Positions 10,287 to 19,171 of a stretch of DNA of 49,132 bases are shown here, piece by piece (the stretch's first letter is position 1; every line of letters begins with the position of its first letter). The stretch lies in the NCBI GenBank assembly GCA_026785815.1, contig JAJAZH010000282.1, positions 1 through 49,132 of the forward strand. The letters are read 5' to 3'. Position numbers and translations under genes: made by a program. The notes below the pieces were generated by a model, which was not told the origin of the DNA, made no database searches, and saw only the letters and a list, made by a program, of their open reading frames with translations. The stretch comes from Ramlibacter sp. (lineage in GTDB: Bacteria > Pseudomonadota > Gammaproteobacteria > Burkholderiales > Burkholderiaceae_C).

Positions 10287-10314
10287 CCATTTTTTTGTTC
10301 CAGAGGATTGATCC

Positions 10315-11835
10315 ATGGCAAGCACAAGCAAGAAGCCGGCTCTGCACGGCCTGTTCATCGACGGACGCGAGGTGCCGGCCACCCGGCCCGACATGCTGGA
10401 CGTGATCAACCCCGCAACCGGAGAATTGCTGGCACAGATCAGTCACGCCAGCGACGAGGATGTGGACCGCGCGGTGCGCAGTTCGCAGGCGGCATTCGAG
10501 AGCAATGAGTGGGCGAGCATGTCGAACCGCACGCGGGCCAGGCTGATCAACAAGCTGGCCGATGTGTTCGAAGCGCACCTCGATGAGATGTACCTGCTGG
10601 AGACGGCCAACAACGGCCGCTCGCTCAACGAAACCCGGGCCCAGATTTCGCGTCTGCCGGATTTCTTCCGCTACAACGCAGGACTGGCGATCGCGCGGCG
10701 CGATTCCGTGATCCCGGTGGAAGGCAACTACCTGAACTACACGATCCGCACGCCGATCGGCGTGGTCGGCAATTCAACGCCGTTCAACCATCCGCTCATG
10801 ATCATGGTCAAGAGCCTGGCGCCAACGCTCGCCTCCGGCTGCACCACGGTGGTCAAGCCCTCCGAGTACACGCCGCTGACGACGTTGCGGCTGGCGCAGT
10901 TGTTCATCGAGGCGGGCCTGCCACCCGGCTGCTTCAACGTCGTCACCGGCCTGGGTCCGACCACCGGCAAGGCGCTGGCCGAACATCCGGGTCTGGCCAA
11001 GTGGGTTCTCACCGGCGGCACGGAAGCGGGTCGGATCACCGGCGCCGCGGCTGGACGCAATTTCGCGCACCAGACGCTGGAGCTCGGCGGCAAGACGCCG
11101 GTGCTGGTGTTCGACGACTTCGACGTCGAGCAGGCCGTCAACTACGCGGCCTTCGGCGGCTTCATCGGCGCCGGCCAGACCTGTATCTGCGGCAGCCGCC
11201 AGATCGTCCAGGAAAAGGTCTATGACGAATTCGTCGAGCGGCTAGCGGCCAAGGCCAAGACCATCCGCATCGGCAACCCGGCCGATCCGTCGGTGCAACT
11301 GGGCCCGGTGGTGTCGGCCCGGCAGCAGCAACGCGTATTGAAGTACATCCAGATCGGCCTGGAGGAGGACAAGGCGCGGCTGGTCGCCGGCGGCAAGGTG
11401 CCGACCGACCCGGCGCTGAAAAACGGCTTCTTCGTCGAGCCCACGGTGTTCGCCGACGTGACGCCGCGCATGCGCATCTTCCAGGAGGAGGTGTTCGGCC
11501 CCTTCGTTTCCGTCACCAGGTTCGGCACCGAAGCCGAAGGCCTGGCACTGGCCAACGACTCGCCGTTCGGCCTGGCCGGCGCCATCCGCACCAACGACAT
11601 CACCCGCGCGCATCGGGTCGCCGCGAAGTTGAAGTGCGGCATCGTCTGGATCAACGACCACCACCGGCTCGATCCGGCCTCACCCTGGGGCGGCATCAAG
11701 GACTCGGGCATCGGCCGCGAATGCGGCACCGAATCGTTCGACCAGCATTTCGAGACCAAGAGCGTCATGGTGCGGCTCGATGATGCGCCCTTCGACTGGT
11801 ACAAGGACACGGCCAAGCAGGCCCGCCTCAACTGA
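10315..11835 (+). CDS. NAD(P)-dependent aldehyde dehydrogenase
   Basis: PFNHP, VVKPSEYTP, catalytic Glu in LELGGK, catalytic Cys in GQTCICG, EEVFGP, PWGGIKDSGIGRE. Confidence 0.95.
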   Translation: MASTSKKPALHGLFIDGREVPATRPDMLDVINPATGELLAQISHASDEDVDRAVRSSQAAFESNEWASMSNRTRARLINKLADVFEAHLDEMYLLETANNGRSLNETRAQISRLPDFFRYNAGLAIARRDSVIPVEGNYLNYTIRTPIGVVGNSTPFNHPLMIMVKSLAPTLASGCTTVVKPSEYTPLTTLRLAQLFIEAGLPPGCFNVVTGLGPTTGKALAEHPGLAKWVLTGGTEAGRITGAAAGRNFAHQTLELGGKTPVLVFDDFDVEQAVNYAAFGGFIGAGQTCICGSRQIVQEKVYDEFVERLAAKAKTIRIGNPADPSVQLGPVVSARQQQRVLKYIQIGLEEDKARLVAGGKVPTDPALKNGFFVEPTVFADVTPRMRIFQEEVFGPFVSVTRFGTEAEGLALANDSPFGLAGAIRTNDITRAHRVAAKLKCGIVWINDHHRLDPASPWGGIKDSGIGRECGTESFDQHFETKSVMVRLDDAPFDWYKDTAKQARLN

Positions 11836-11844
11836 CCGCCCACG

Positions 11845-12693
11845 ATGTCGCTACAACACAAAACGATGCAATCCGCCCAGACTCCCGCCACCGAATTCAA
11901 GGACCTCAGCGTGACCGTTGCAGGCAAGCGCCTGAGCGCCCGGGTCGCCGGCAGCGGCAGGCCGATCGTGCTGTTCCATTCGCTGCTGGCCGACCAGAGC
12001 AGCTTCGACCCGGTTGCCGGAATGCTCGCGGCGACCCACCAGGTCATCGTGCTGAACCTCCCGGGCTTCGGCGCTTCGGACTTCGTCGGCAGCAGCCTGG
12101 AGGCGATCGCGGACCACATCGCGGCCGGCCTCAAGGCAATGGACCTCCAGCACAAGCCGATCCTGCTGGGCAACGGCTACGGCGGCTTCATCGCGCTGCT
12201 GACGGCGATTCGCCACCCCGGCATCGCCTCGCGCCTGGTGCTGGCCGATTGCGGCGCCGCCTTTTCCGAGCCGGGCCGCGCCGCCTTCCGCGGCATGTCG
12301 GCCGCGGCGAAAGACAAGGGCCTGGGCGCGATCGCCGACGTGGCGATGCGCCGGTTGTTCGCGCCCGGGTTCCAGCAACTCCATCCGCAGCTGATCGAGG
12401 AGCGCAAGCAGCGCTTCCTGGCGGTGGATTCGCAAACCTTCCATGGCGCCTGCGACGCACTGGCGTCGCTGGATCTGCGGCCGCAACTGAAGGCAGTGAC
12501 GGTGCCGGTGCTGGTTCTGGTGGGTGAACAGGACGAGGCCACGCCGCCGCCCATGTCGCACGAACTGAGCGCGGGTCTTCCCCATGCGGAACTGGTGGTG
12601 CTGGCAGGTTGCGCCCATGTGCCCCAGCTCCAGGCGCCCGCCGCGTTCATGGATGCCATTCGGCACTTCATCGATGACGATCAGCGCGCCTGA
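11845..12693 (+). CDS. Alpha/beta-hydrolase-fold protein lacking the nucleophile Ser
   Basis: NLPGFG; elbow GNGYGG instead of GxSxG; Asp in GEQDEATP and His in CAHVP retained. The start could be the second ATG. Confidence 0.85.
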   Translation: MSLQHKTMQSAQTPATEFKDLSVTVAGKRLSARVAGSGRPIVLFHSLLADQSSFDPVAGMLAATHQVIVLNLPGFGASDFVGSSLEAIADHIAAGLKAMDLQHKPILLGNGYGGFIALLTAIRHPGIASRLVLADCGAAFSEPGRAAFRGMSAAAKDKGLGAIADVAMRRLFAPGFQQLHPQLIEERKQRFLAVDSQTFHGACDALASLDLRPQLKAVTVPVLVLVGEQDEATPPPMSHELSAGLPHAELVVLAGCAHVPQLQAPAAFMDAIRHFIDDDQRA

Positions 12694-12721
12694 CGGCCGA
12701 CCGGCATCTGAATCGCCGCAC

Positions 12722-13843
12722 ATGACCCAACCGTCCAGGTTGTTTACCCCCGTTCGCCTGGGGCCCCTCGAATTGCGCAACCGCATCATGGTGTCGCCGA
12801 TGTGCCAGTACAGCGCGGTCGATGGCATGCCGGTGGACTGGCATGCCGTGCACCTGGGCAACCTGGCGATTTCGGGCGCCGGCCTGCTGTGCCTGGAAGC
12901 CACCGCAGTGGCGCCGGAAGGCCGCATCACCCCCGGCTGCCTGGGCCTGTACAGCGACCAGCACCAGGCGGCGATGCAGGACCTGGTGCAGTCGCTGCGC
13001 GCGGTCTCGCCGATCCCGCTGGCGCTGCAGTTGTGCCATGCCGGCCGCAAGTCGTCCAGCCGCGTGCCCTGGGACGGCGGAGCGCTGCTCGATCCGGCCG
13101 AGGGCGGCTGGGTGCCGCAGGGACCGTCGGCGATCCCGCAAAAGCCGGTCGAACCGGCGCCGCGGGCAATGGTTGCCGCCGACATCCGGCAGGTGGTTGC
13201 CGATTTCGCCCGGGCCGCCACGCGGGCCCGCGAGCTGGGCTTCGACGCGATCGAGCTGCACATGGCGCATGGCTACCTGATGCACCAGTTTCTGTCGCCG
13301 CTGTCGAACCAGCGCGACGACGAGTACGGCGGTTCGTTCGAGAACCGGATCCGGCTGCCGCTGGAGGTCTTTGGCGCGGTCTTGGAAGCGGCCGGACCCG
13401 GCGTCCCGGTCGGAGTGCGGCTGTCGGCCACCGACTGGGTCGATGGCGGCTGGGATCCGCAGCAGACCGTCTCGCTGGCGCAGCGGCTCGAAGCGCTGGG
13501 CTGCGCGTTCCTGGACATTTCCTCGGGCGGCATTTCGCACCTGCAGAAGATTCCGGTCGAGCCCGGCTACCAGGTGCAGTTCGCCGAGCAGGTCAAGCGT
13601 GCGGTCGGCATTCCCGTGGTGTCGGTCGGCCTGATCACCGATCCGCAGCAGGCCGAAGACATCCTCGAGCAGGGCAAGGCCGACGTGGTGGCGATGGCGC
13701 GGGGCTTCCTGCACGACCCCCGCTGGCCCTGGCGCGCCGCAGCCGAACTGGGCGGCACCGTGATCCCGCCCAAGCAGCTGCTGCGCTGCCTCCCGCGCGG
13801 CTATCCGCCGATCTTCGGCGACGTGCGGATCGGCCAGCGCTAG
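12722..13843 (+). CDS. Old Yellow Enzyme-family flavin oxidoreductase (YqjM/NamA-like)
   Basis: Probable start ATG 12722 (MTQPSRLFTP); NRIMVSPMCQYSA, HMAHGYL, NQRDDEYGGSFENR. Confidence 0.92.
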   Translation: MTQPSRLFTPVRLGPLELRNRIMVSPMCQYSAVDGMPVDWHAVHLGNLAISGAGLLCLEATAVAPEGRITPGCLGLYSDQHQAAMQDLVQSLRAVSPIPLALQLCHAGRKSSSRVPWDGGALLDPAEGGWVPQGPSAIPQKPVEPAPRAMVAADIRQVVADFARAATRARELGFDAIELHMAHGYLMHQFLSPLSNQRDDEYGGSFENRIRLPLEVFGAVLEAAGPGVPVGVRLSATDWVDGGWDPQQTVSLAQRLEALGCAFLDISSGGISHLQKIPVEPGYQVQFAEQVKRAVGIPVVSVGLITDPQQAEDILEQGKADVVAMARGFLHDPRWPWRAAAELGGTVIPPKQLLRCLPRGYPPIFGDVRIGQR

Positions 13844-13878
13844 CCGGCAAGCCGGCGGTCGCACGCGGCCGTCCCCCC

Positions 13879-13884
13879 TAGAAT
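13879..13884 (+). promoter_or_regulatory. Candidate -10 box for a leaderless lysR transcript
   Basis: TAGAAT, then 6 nt, then ATG 13891; no Shine-Dalgarno sequence. Confidence 0.5.
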
Positions 13885-13890
13885 CGCCGC

Positions 13891-14659
13891 ATGAACGTGC
13901 GATTTCTGGAGGCCTTTGTCTGGGTGGCGAAGCTCGGCAGCTTCAAGGCGGCGGCCGACAAGATGCACACCACCCAGGCCGGCATCTCCAGCCGGATCGC
14001 CACGCTGGAGCAGCAGTTCGGCGTCAAGCTGTTCGACCGCGAGCACCGGGGCGTGCTGCTGACCGACCCCGGCACCGAGCTGATGCCGTATGCCGAACGC
14101 ATGATCGAGATGCAGAGCCGGATGACAGCCGCCATGGGCCAGTCGGAGGCATTCAGCGGCATGCTGCGGATCGGCGTGATCGAAACCGTGGCGCACACCT
14201 GGCTGCCGGACCTGCTCTCGCGCTTCGCCGAGCGCTATCCCAACGCCACGCTGGAAGTGGACTCGGACATCACGCCCCGGCTGCGCGACAACCTGCTGCG
14301 CGGCGTACTCGACTGCGCCATCCTGTCATCGCGAGTCCGGCGTCTACCGCAATATCGCGCAGGGCGCCAGCGGCTGCGCCAACCTGCGCGTCAGCTATTT
14401 CTCGTCGCTCGGCGCCATGGTGGACCTGGCTCGCTCGGGCTTCGGCACGGCGCTGCTGCCGCTGGCCGTGATCCAGCGCGACCTGCAGCAGGGCGCCTTG
14501 ATGCTGCTGGACGTCGACCCGCGGCCGATCCCGCTGCCGTTGGTGGCCAGCTTGCGGCTGGAGCCGGTCTCGCCGCTGGCCGAGGTGCTGGTGCGGATGG
14601 CACAGGCGGCCTGCGACCAGTTCGTCGTCAACAGCCAGGAAAACGTGCTCGCGCCCTGA
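13891..14659 (+). pseudogene. LysR-family regulator with an internal deletion and frameshift near 14327
   Basis: HTH FLEAFVWVAKLGSFKAAADKMHTTQAGISSRI runs to LDCAILS. The LysR C-terminus resumes in another frame (RESGVYRNI...FSSLGAMVDLARSGFGTALLP). The halves total about 256 codons versus about 300 typical. Confidence 0.85.
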
Positions 14660-14686
14660 AGCGGCGCCCTGCGCACCGGAGCGTGC

Positions 14687-14753
14687 ATCAGGAAACCCTA
14701 TTGCGCGGAACGGGAATTTCCCGTTTGACCCCGGCCGGGCCGCCGGCAACACT
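14687..14753 (+). promoter_or_regulatory. Candidate LysR-dependent promoter of the cupin-DUF1445-TRAP operon
   Basis: T-N11-A box ATCAGGAAACCCTAT 14687-14701; palindrome AACGGGAA-T-TTCCCGTT 14709-14725; TTGACC 14725-14730, 17-bp spacer, AACACT 14748-14753. Confidence 0.55.
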
Positions 14754-14758
14754 GTGCC

Positions 14759-15145
14759 ATGCCCAATCGCCGGACCAAACTGCACCGCGAATTTTTCGCC
14801 ATTCCGCGCGACGGCAGTGGCCAGTGGACACCGGTTGCGGCCGACGCCGGCGGGATCCAGGCGATGGTGCTGGCCGACAATTTCGACCCGTCCAGCCGCA
14901 CCGGTTCGCGCACGGTGCTGTCCCGCTGGCAGCCCGGGACGCTGCTGGCCCGGCCGGTGATCCACGATTTCCACGAGGAAGTGTTCATCGTGGAAGGCGA
15001 GTTCATGGTCGGCTGCGACAGCGCTGGCCAGGGCGGCGAGCGCTTTGGCCCCTACAGCTACGCCTGCCGCCCGCCGCAGGTCTGGCACGGCCCGTTCGCC
15101 TCGCCGGCCGGCTGCGTGCTGCTGGAACTCCAGTCCTACGACTGA
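14759..15145 (+). CDS. Cupin-domain protein (ChrR-like)
   Basis: [12 protein letters not shown] and [10 protein letters not shown] cupin metal motifs. Confidence 0.8.
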   Translation: MPNRRTKLHREFFAIPRDGSGQWTPVAADAGGIQAMVLADNFDPSSRTGSRTVLSRWQPGTLLARPVIHDFHEEVFIVEGEFMVGCDSAGQGGERFGPYSYACRPPQVWHGPFASPAGCVLLELQSYD

Positions 15146-15149
15146 GGCC

Positions 15150-15953
15150 ATGACCGGCGTCCCCCCCGTCGCCCTGGCCGGCACCGGCCGCGAAGCCCGC
15201 CTGCTGATGCGGCACGGGCGCCACCAGGGCCACACCGCCGGCATGGCGCCGGGCCACGTGCAGGGCAACCTGGTGATCCTGCCGCAGGCCGACGCCGCCG
15301 ACTTCCTGCGCTTTTGCCAGCGCAACCCCCAGGCCTGCCCGCTGCTGGCCGTGTCGGAGCCGGGCGACCCGCACTTGCGCGAGCTGGGTGCGGACCTGGA
15401 CATCCGCACCGACCTGCCGCGCTACCGGGTCTGGCGCGACGGCGTGCTGGTGGACCAGGCGGCCGACGTGACCGGGCTTTGGCGCGACGACCTGGTGAGC
15501 TTCGTGATCGGCTGTTCGTTCTCCTTCGAGCAGGCCCTGATGGAGGCCGGCATTGCGCTGCGCCACGTCGACGAGGGCCGGAACGTCGCGATGTACCGCA
15601 CGTCGATCGCCACCGTGCCGGCCGGCGTGTTCCACGGCCCGCTGGTGGTGTCGATGCGGCCGCTGGACGCGGCCAGCGCGATCCGAGCGGTGCAGGTGAC
15701 CTCCCGCTTTCCGCGCGTGCATGGCGCGCCGGTCCACATCGGCCGGCCCGACCTGATCGGCATCGCCGACCTGGCCCGGCCCGATTTCGGCGACCCGGTG
15801 ACCGTGCTCGACGACGAACTGCCGGTGTTCTGGGCCTGCGGCGTGACGCCGCAGGCGGTGGTGATGGCCGCCCGCCCCGCGTTCTGCATCACCCACGCTC
15901 CCGGCTGCATGCTGGTGACCGATCTGCTCAACCAGCAGCTGGCGAGTTTCTAG
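15150..15953 (+). CDS. DUF1445 putative hydro-lyase (D-glutamate cyclase/YcsI family)
   Basis: Probable ATG 15150; [55 protein letters not shown]. Confidence 0.9.
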   Translation: MTGVPPVALAGTGREARLLMRHGRHQGHTAGMAPGHVQGNLVILPQADAADFLRFCQRNPQACPLLAVSEPGDPHLRELGADLDIRTDLPRYRVWRDGVLVDQAADVTGLWRDDLVSFVIGCSFSFEQALMEAGIALRHVDEGRNVAMYRTSIATVPAGVFHGPLVVSMRPLDAASAIRAVQVTSRFPRVHGAPVHIGRPDLIGIADLARPDFGDPVTVLDDELPVFWACGVTPQAVVMAARPAFCITHAPGCMLVTDLLNQQLASF

Positions 15954-16012
15954 CCCCGCCCGCCACCCGTGCCCGCTTTGTCTTCCCTTCCGTCGTCCAA
16001 CCAGGAGTTCTG

Positions 16013-17095
16013 ATGAATCGTCCGCTGTCCTTCACCGCATCCGCCGCATCGTTCGCGATCGCCGCCATGTTCTCCGCCGCACCTGCCAGCGCGCAGGTGC
16101 CGGCCGGCCCGAAGATCGCCGTGCAGGCGATCACTCAGGTCGCGCCCAACCTGCCGCAATACACCAAGGTCGACCAGCCAATGCTGCGCGACGGCATGAA
16201 CAAGGCCACCGGCGGCCGGGTGGAGGTGACGCTGTCGTCCTGGCCCGAACGCAACGTGAACGGGCCCGAAGTGCTGCGCCTGGTCCGCTCCGGCCAGGTC
16301 GACATCGCCGCCGGTCCGCTGACCACGGTGTCGGGCGACGTCCCGATGCTCGACGGCGTCGACCTGTCCGGCATGAACCCCGACATCCGCCAGGCCCGCA
16401 AGGTGGCCGACGCGATGGTGCCGGTGGCCAACAAGGAACTGGAAAAGCTCGGCATCAAGCTGGTGGCGACCTACCCGTTCTCCGGCCAGATGCTGTTCTG
16501 CCGCAAGCCCATCGCCAGCCTGACCGACATCAAGGGCCTGAAGGTGCGCACCAACGGCCCGTCGGCGGCCGACCTGGTCAAGGGCCTGGGCGGCCAGCCG
16601 GTTTCACTGGCGTTCGGCGAGGTCTATACCGCGCTGGAGCGCGGCACCGTCGACTGCGGCATCACCGGCTCGGGCTCGGGCAACGGCGTGAAGTGGCCTG
16701 AAGTCACGACCCACCTGTACACGCTGCCGCTGTCGTGGTCCACGGCCGGTTACTTCGTCAACCTGGGCTGGTGGAACAAGCTGGAGCCGGCGATCCGCAC
16801 GCAGTTCGAGAAGACCTTCGCCGAGATCCAGGAAGCGCAATGGAACCTGGGCGTGGAGGCCACCAACGACGGCATCGCCTGCAACGTCGGCCGCGCCGAG
16901 GGCTGCAAGCTGCACACGCTGATGAAGAAGCCGATGGTCGAAGTGAAGGCCCAGGGCAACATGGGCGCGCTGCTGCAGCAGGAACTGACCCAGGACGTGC
17001 TGCCTGGCTGGATCAAGCGCTGCGGCGAACGCTGCGCCGTGGTCTACAACGAGGTGATCGCGCCGATCACCGGCATCAAGTACACGGCGAAGTAA
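16013..17095 (+). CDS. dctP: TRAP transporter substrate-binding protein
   Basis: RBS AGGAG then ATG 16013; signal peptide; DIKGLKVRT and FGEVYTALERGTVD motifs. Confidence 0.92.
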   Translation: MNRPLSFTASAASFAIAAMFSAAPASAQVPAGPKIAVQAITQVAPNLPQYTKVDQPMLRDGMNKATGGRVEVTLSSWPERNVNGPEVLRLVRSGQVDIAAGPLTTVSGDVPMLDGVDLSGMNPDIRQARKVADAMVPVANKELEKLGIKLVATYPFSGQMLFCRKPIASLTDIKGLKVRTNGPSAADLVKGLGGQPVSLAFGEVYTALERGTVDCGITGSGSGNGVKWPEVTTHLYTLPLSWSTAGYFVNLGWWNKLEPAIRTQFEKTFAEIQEAQWNLGVEATNDGIACNVGRAEGCKLHTLMKKPMVEVKAQGNMGALLQQELTQDVLPGWIKRCGERCAVVYNEVIAPITGIKYTAK

Positions 17096-17096
17096 G

Positions 17097-17714
17097 GTGT
17101 TCCGCTTGCTCGAAGGGCTGAGCGGTCGCGCCATGACGGTGGCGGGATGGTGCTACCTGGCCATCACCGTGCTGATCACGTTCGACATCTTCGCGCGGCG
17201 CCTGCTGGGCTTTTCGACCGAAGCCACCACCGAGGTGACCGGCTACCTGATGGCGATCGGCATGAGCTGGGCGCTGGCCGGCACGCTGTTCGAACGCGGC
17301 CATGTACGCATCGACGTATTGGTGCAGAAGCTGCCGCTCAAGCTGCGGGTCTGGCTGCACCTGGCCTCGCTGCTCGCGCTGCTGGTGGCTGCCGCGTTCT
17401 TTGTCTACGGCGCCTACACGCTGGCGCGCTATTCGCTCGAACTCGGCGCCACCGACCTGTCGACGCTGCGCATGCCGATGGTGATCCCGCAGGGCCTGTG
17501 GGCCGCCGGCCTGGCCTTGCTTCTGCTCGCGGTGATCGCCATGCTGATGCGCTCGCTGCGCCTGCTGGCCGACGGTGACGCCGACGCCATGGACCGGATG
17601 CTGATGGCCCGCACCTACGAGGACGAAGCGGCCGAAACCCTGGAAGCGGTGGCCGAAGCCCAGGCCGGAATGCACCCGGTGGCGGGCGCACCGCGGACCG
17701 GGGGCGGAGCATGA
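17097..17714 (+). CDS. dctQ: TRAP transporter small permease
   Basis: GTG start, four TM segments, GHVRID motif, located between dctP and dctM. Confidence 0.9.
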   Translation: MFRLLEGLSGRAMTVAGWCYLAITVLITFDIFARRLLGFSTEATTEVTGYLMAIGMSWALAGTLFERGHVRIDVLVQKLPLKLRVWLHLASLLALLVAAAFFVYGAYTLARYSLELGATDLSTLRMPMVIPQGLWAAGLALLLLAVIAMLMRSLRLLADGDADAMDRMLMARTYEDEAAETLEAVAEAQAGMHPVAGAPRTGGGA

Positions 17715-19111
17715 TCGCCATCGCATTCATCCTGGTGATGGGCCTGGTCATCGGACTGGTGACGCTGTTCGCGCCGGCCACCGGCGCCTCTGCGGCCGCG
17801 GCCGCCAGCGTCCCCTGGTGGGCGCTGGGGGCGGTGCTGGCAGCCTTCGTCGCCTTCTTCGCCGGCGGCATCTATGTCGGCGCGGCGCTCGCGCTGCTGG
17901 CACTGCTGGCCGGATTCGGCCTGTCGGATCGGCCGTTCTGGAACTTCATCGGCGAGATGATCTGGGCGCCATCAACCAACTTCGTGCTGGTGTCGGTGCC
18001 GCTGTTCCTGCTGATGGGCGAGATCATGCTGCGCGCCGGATTGTCCGAGCGCCTGTACCGCAGCCTGAACATCTGGATCGGACGCCTGCCAGGGGGCATG
18101 CTGCACACCAACATCATCTCGTGCAGCGTGTTCTCGGCGGTGGCCGGCTCCAGCGTGGCGACCGCCGCCACCATGGGCTCGGTGGCGCTACCGTATTTCG
18201 AGAAGAGCCATTACCCGCCCAAGCTGGTACTCGGTTCCCTGGCGGCCGGCGGCGCGCTCGGCAACCTGATCCCACCGGGCATCACCTTCATCATCTATGG
18301 CCTGCTGACCGAAACCTCGGTCGGGGCGCTGTACCTGGCGGCCATCGGCCCGAGCATCCTGGTGGTGCTGCTGTTCACCGCGGTGATCCTGTACTACAGC
18401 TACAAGCTCAAGCTGCACGGTGACCGCAGCGGCGCGGCGCTGTCATGGAAGCTGAAGCTGGCCAGCCTGTCCGACCTGGTGCCGACGGCGCTGCTGATCG
18501 CGCTGGTGCTGGGCACCATCTACGCGGGCTGGGCCACGCCGACCGAGTCGGCGGCACTGGGCGTGGCGGGCGCAATCATCCTGTCGCTGGTCGACCGCAA
18601 GCTGAACTGGAAGATGATGAACGAGTCGATGCGATCGACCGCCCGCACCACCTCGATGATCGCGCTGATCCTGTTCGGCGCCTACTTTCTGAACTACATC
18701 CTGTCGGCGCTTGGAATCCCGCAGATGCTGGCCAAGTTCCTGACCGGGCTGCCGCTGCCGGGCTGGGCCATCATGCTGGTGATCATCGGCTTTTACCTGG
18801 CGCTGGGCACCTTCATGGAAGGCATGTCGATGGTGATCACCACCATCCCGCTGCTGTTCCCGGTGGTGATGGCGCTGGGCTACGACCCGATCTGGTTCGG
18901 CGTGGTGATCACCATGCTGGTCGAGATCGCGATGATCAGCCCGCCCGACGGCACGGTGCTGTACGTGCTGCAGGGCATGCGGCGCCAGCCCGGCCCGATC
19001 ACCGACGTGTTCTCCGGCGTGCTGCCCTTCATGTTCGTCTACATGCTGGCCATCATCGTGCTGATGCTGGTCCCGGCGATCGCCCTGTGGCTGCCGCGCG
19101 CCGTGATGTGA
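17711..19111 (+). CDS. dctM: TRAP transporter large permease
   Basis: VPLFLLMGE, GSSVATAATMG, LIPPGI, ATPTESAALG, DPIWFG, ISPP; ATGA overlap with dctQ. Confidence 0.93.
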   Translation: MIAIAFILVMGLVIGLVTLFAPATGASAAAAASVPWWALGAVLAAFVAFFAGGIYVGAALALLALLAGFGLSDRPFWNFIGEMIWAPSTNFVLVSVPLFLLMGEIMLRAGLSERLYRSLNIWIGRLPGGMLHTNIISCSVFSAVAGSSVATAATMGSVALPYFEKSHYPPKLVLGSLAAGGALGNLIPPGITFIIYGLLTETSVGALYLAAIGPSILVVLLFTAVILYYSYKLKLHGDRSGAALSWKLKLASLSDLVPTALLIALVLGTIYAGWATPTESAALGVAGAIILSLVDRKLNWKMMNESMRSTARTTSMIALILFGAYFLNYILSALGIPQMLAKFLTGLPLPGWAIMLVIIGFYLALGTFMEGMSMVITTIPLLFPVVMALGYDPIWFGVVITMLVEIAMISPPDGTVLYVLQGMRRQPGPITDVFSGVLPFMFVYMLAIIVLMLVPAIALWLPRAVM

Positions 19112-19171
19112 GCTTTCGCGCACCCGCGTCCGCGGATGTTCCTTTCCTTTTCCGATCCTGTATTCAAGACC

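Noticed and set aside
13891-15153. 420-aa LysR fusion protein
   Set aside because: Only the first ~146 aa are LysR; the rest is out-of-frame read-through caused by the lesion.
15314-16012. N-terminal extension making a 593-aa DctP (and similar extensions on livG, the hydrolase, OYE, DUF3460 and scpA)
   Set aside because: The extensions overlap neighbouring genes in other frames; downstream starts fit better with RBS, signal peptide or family length.
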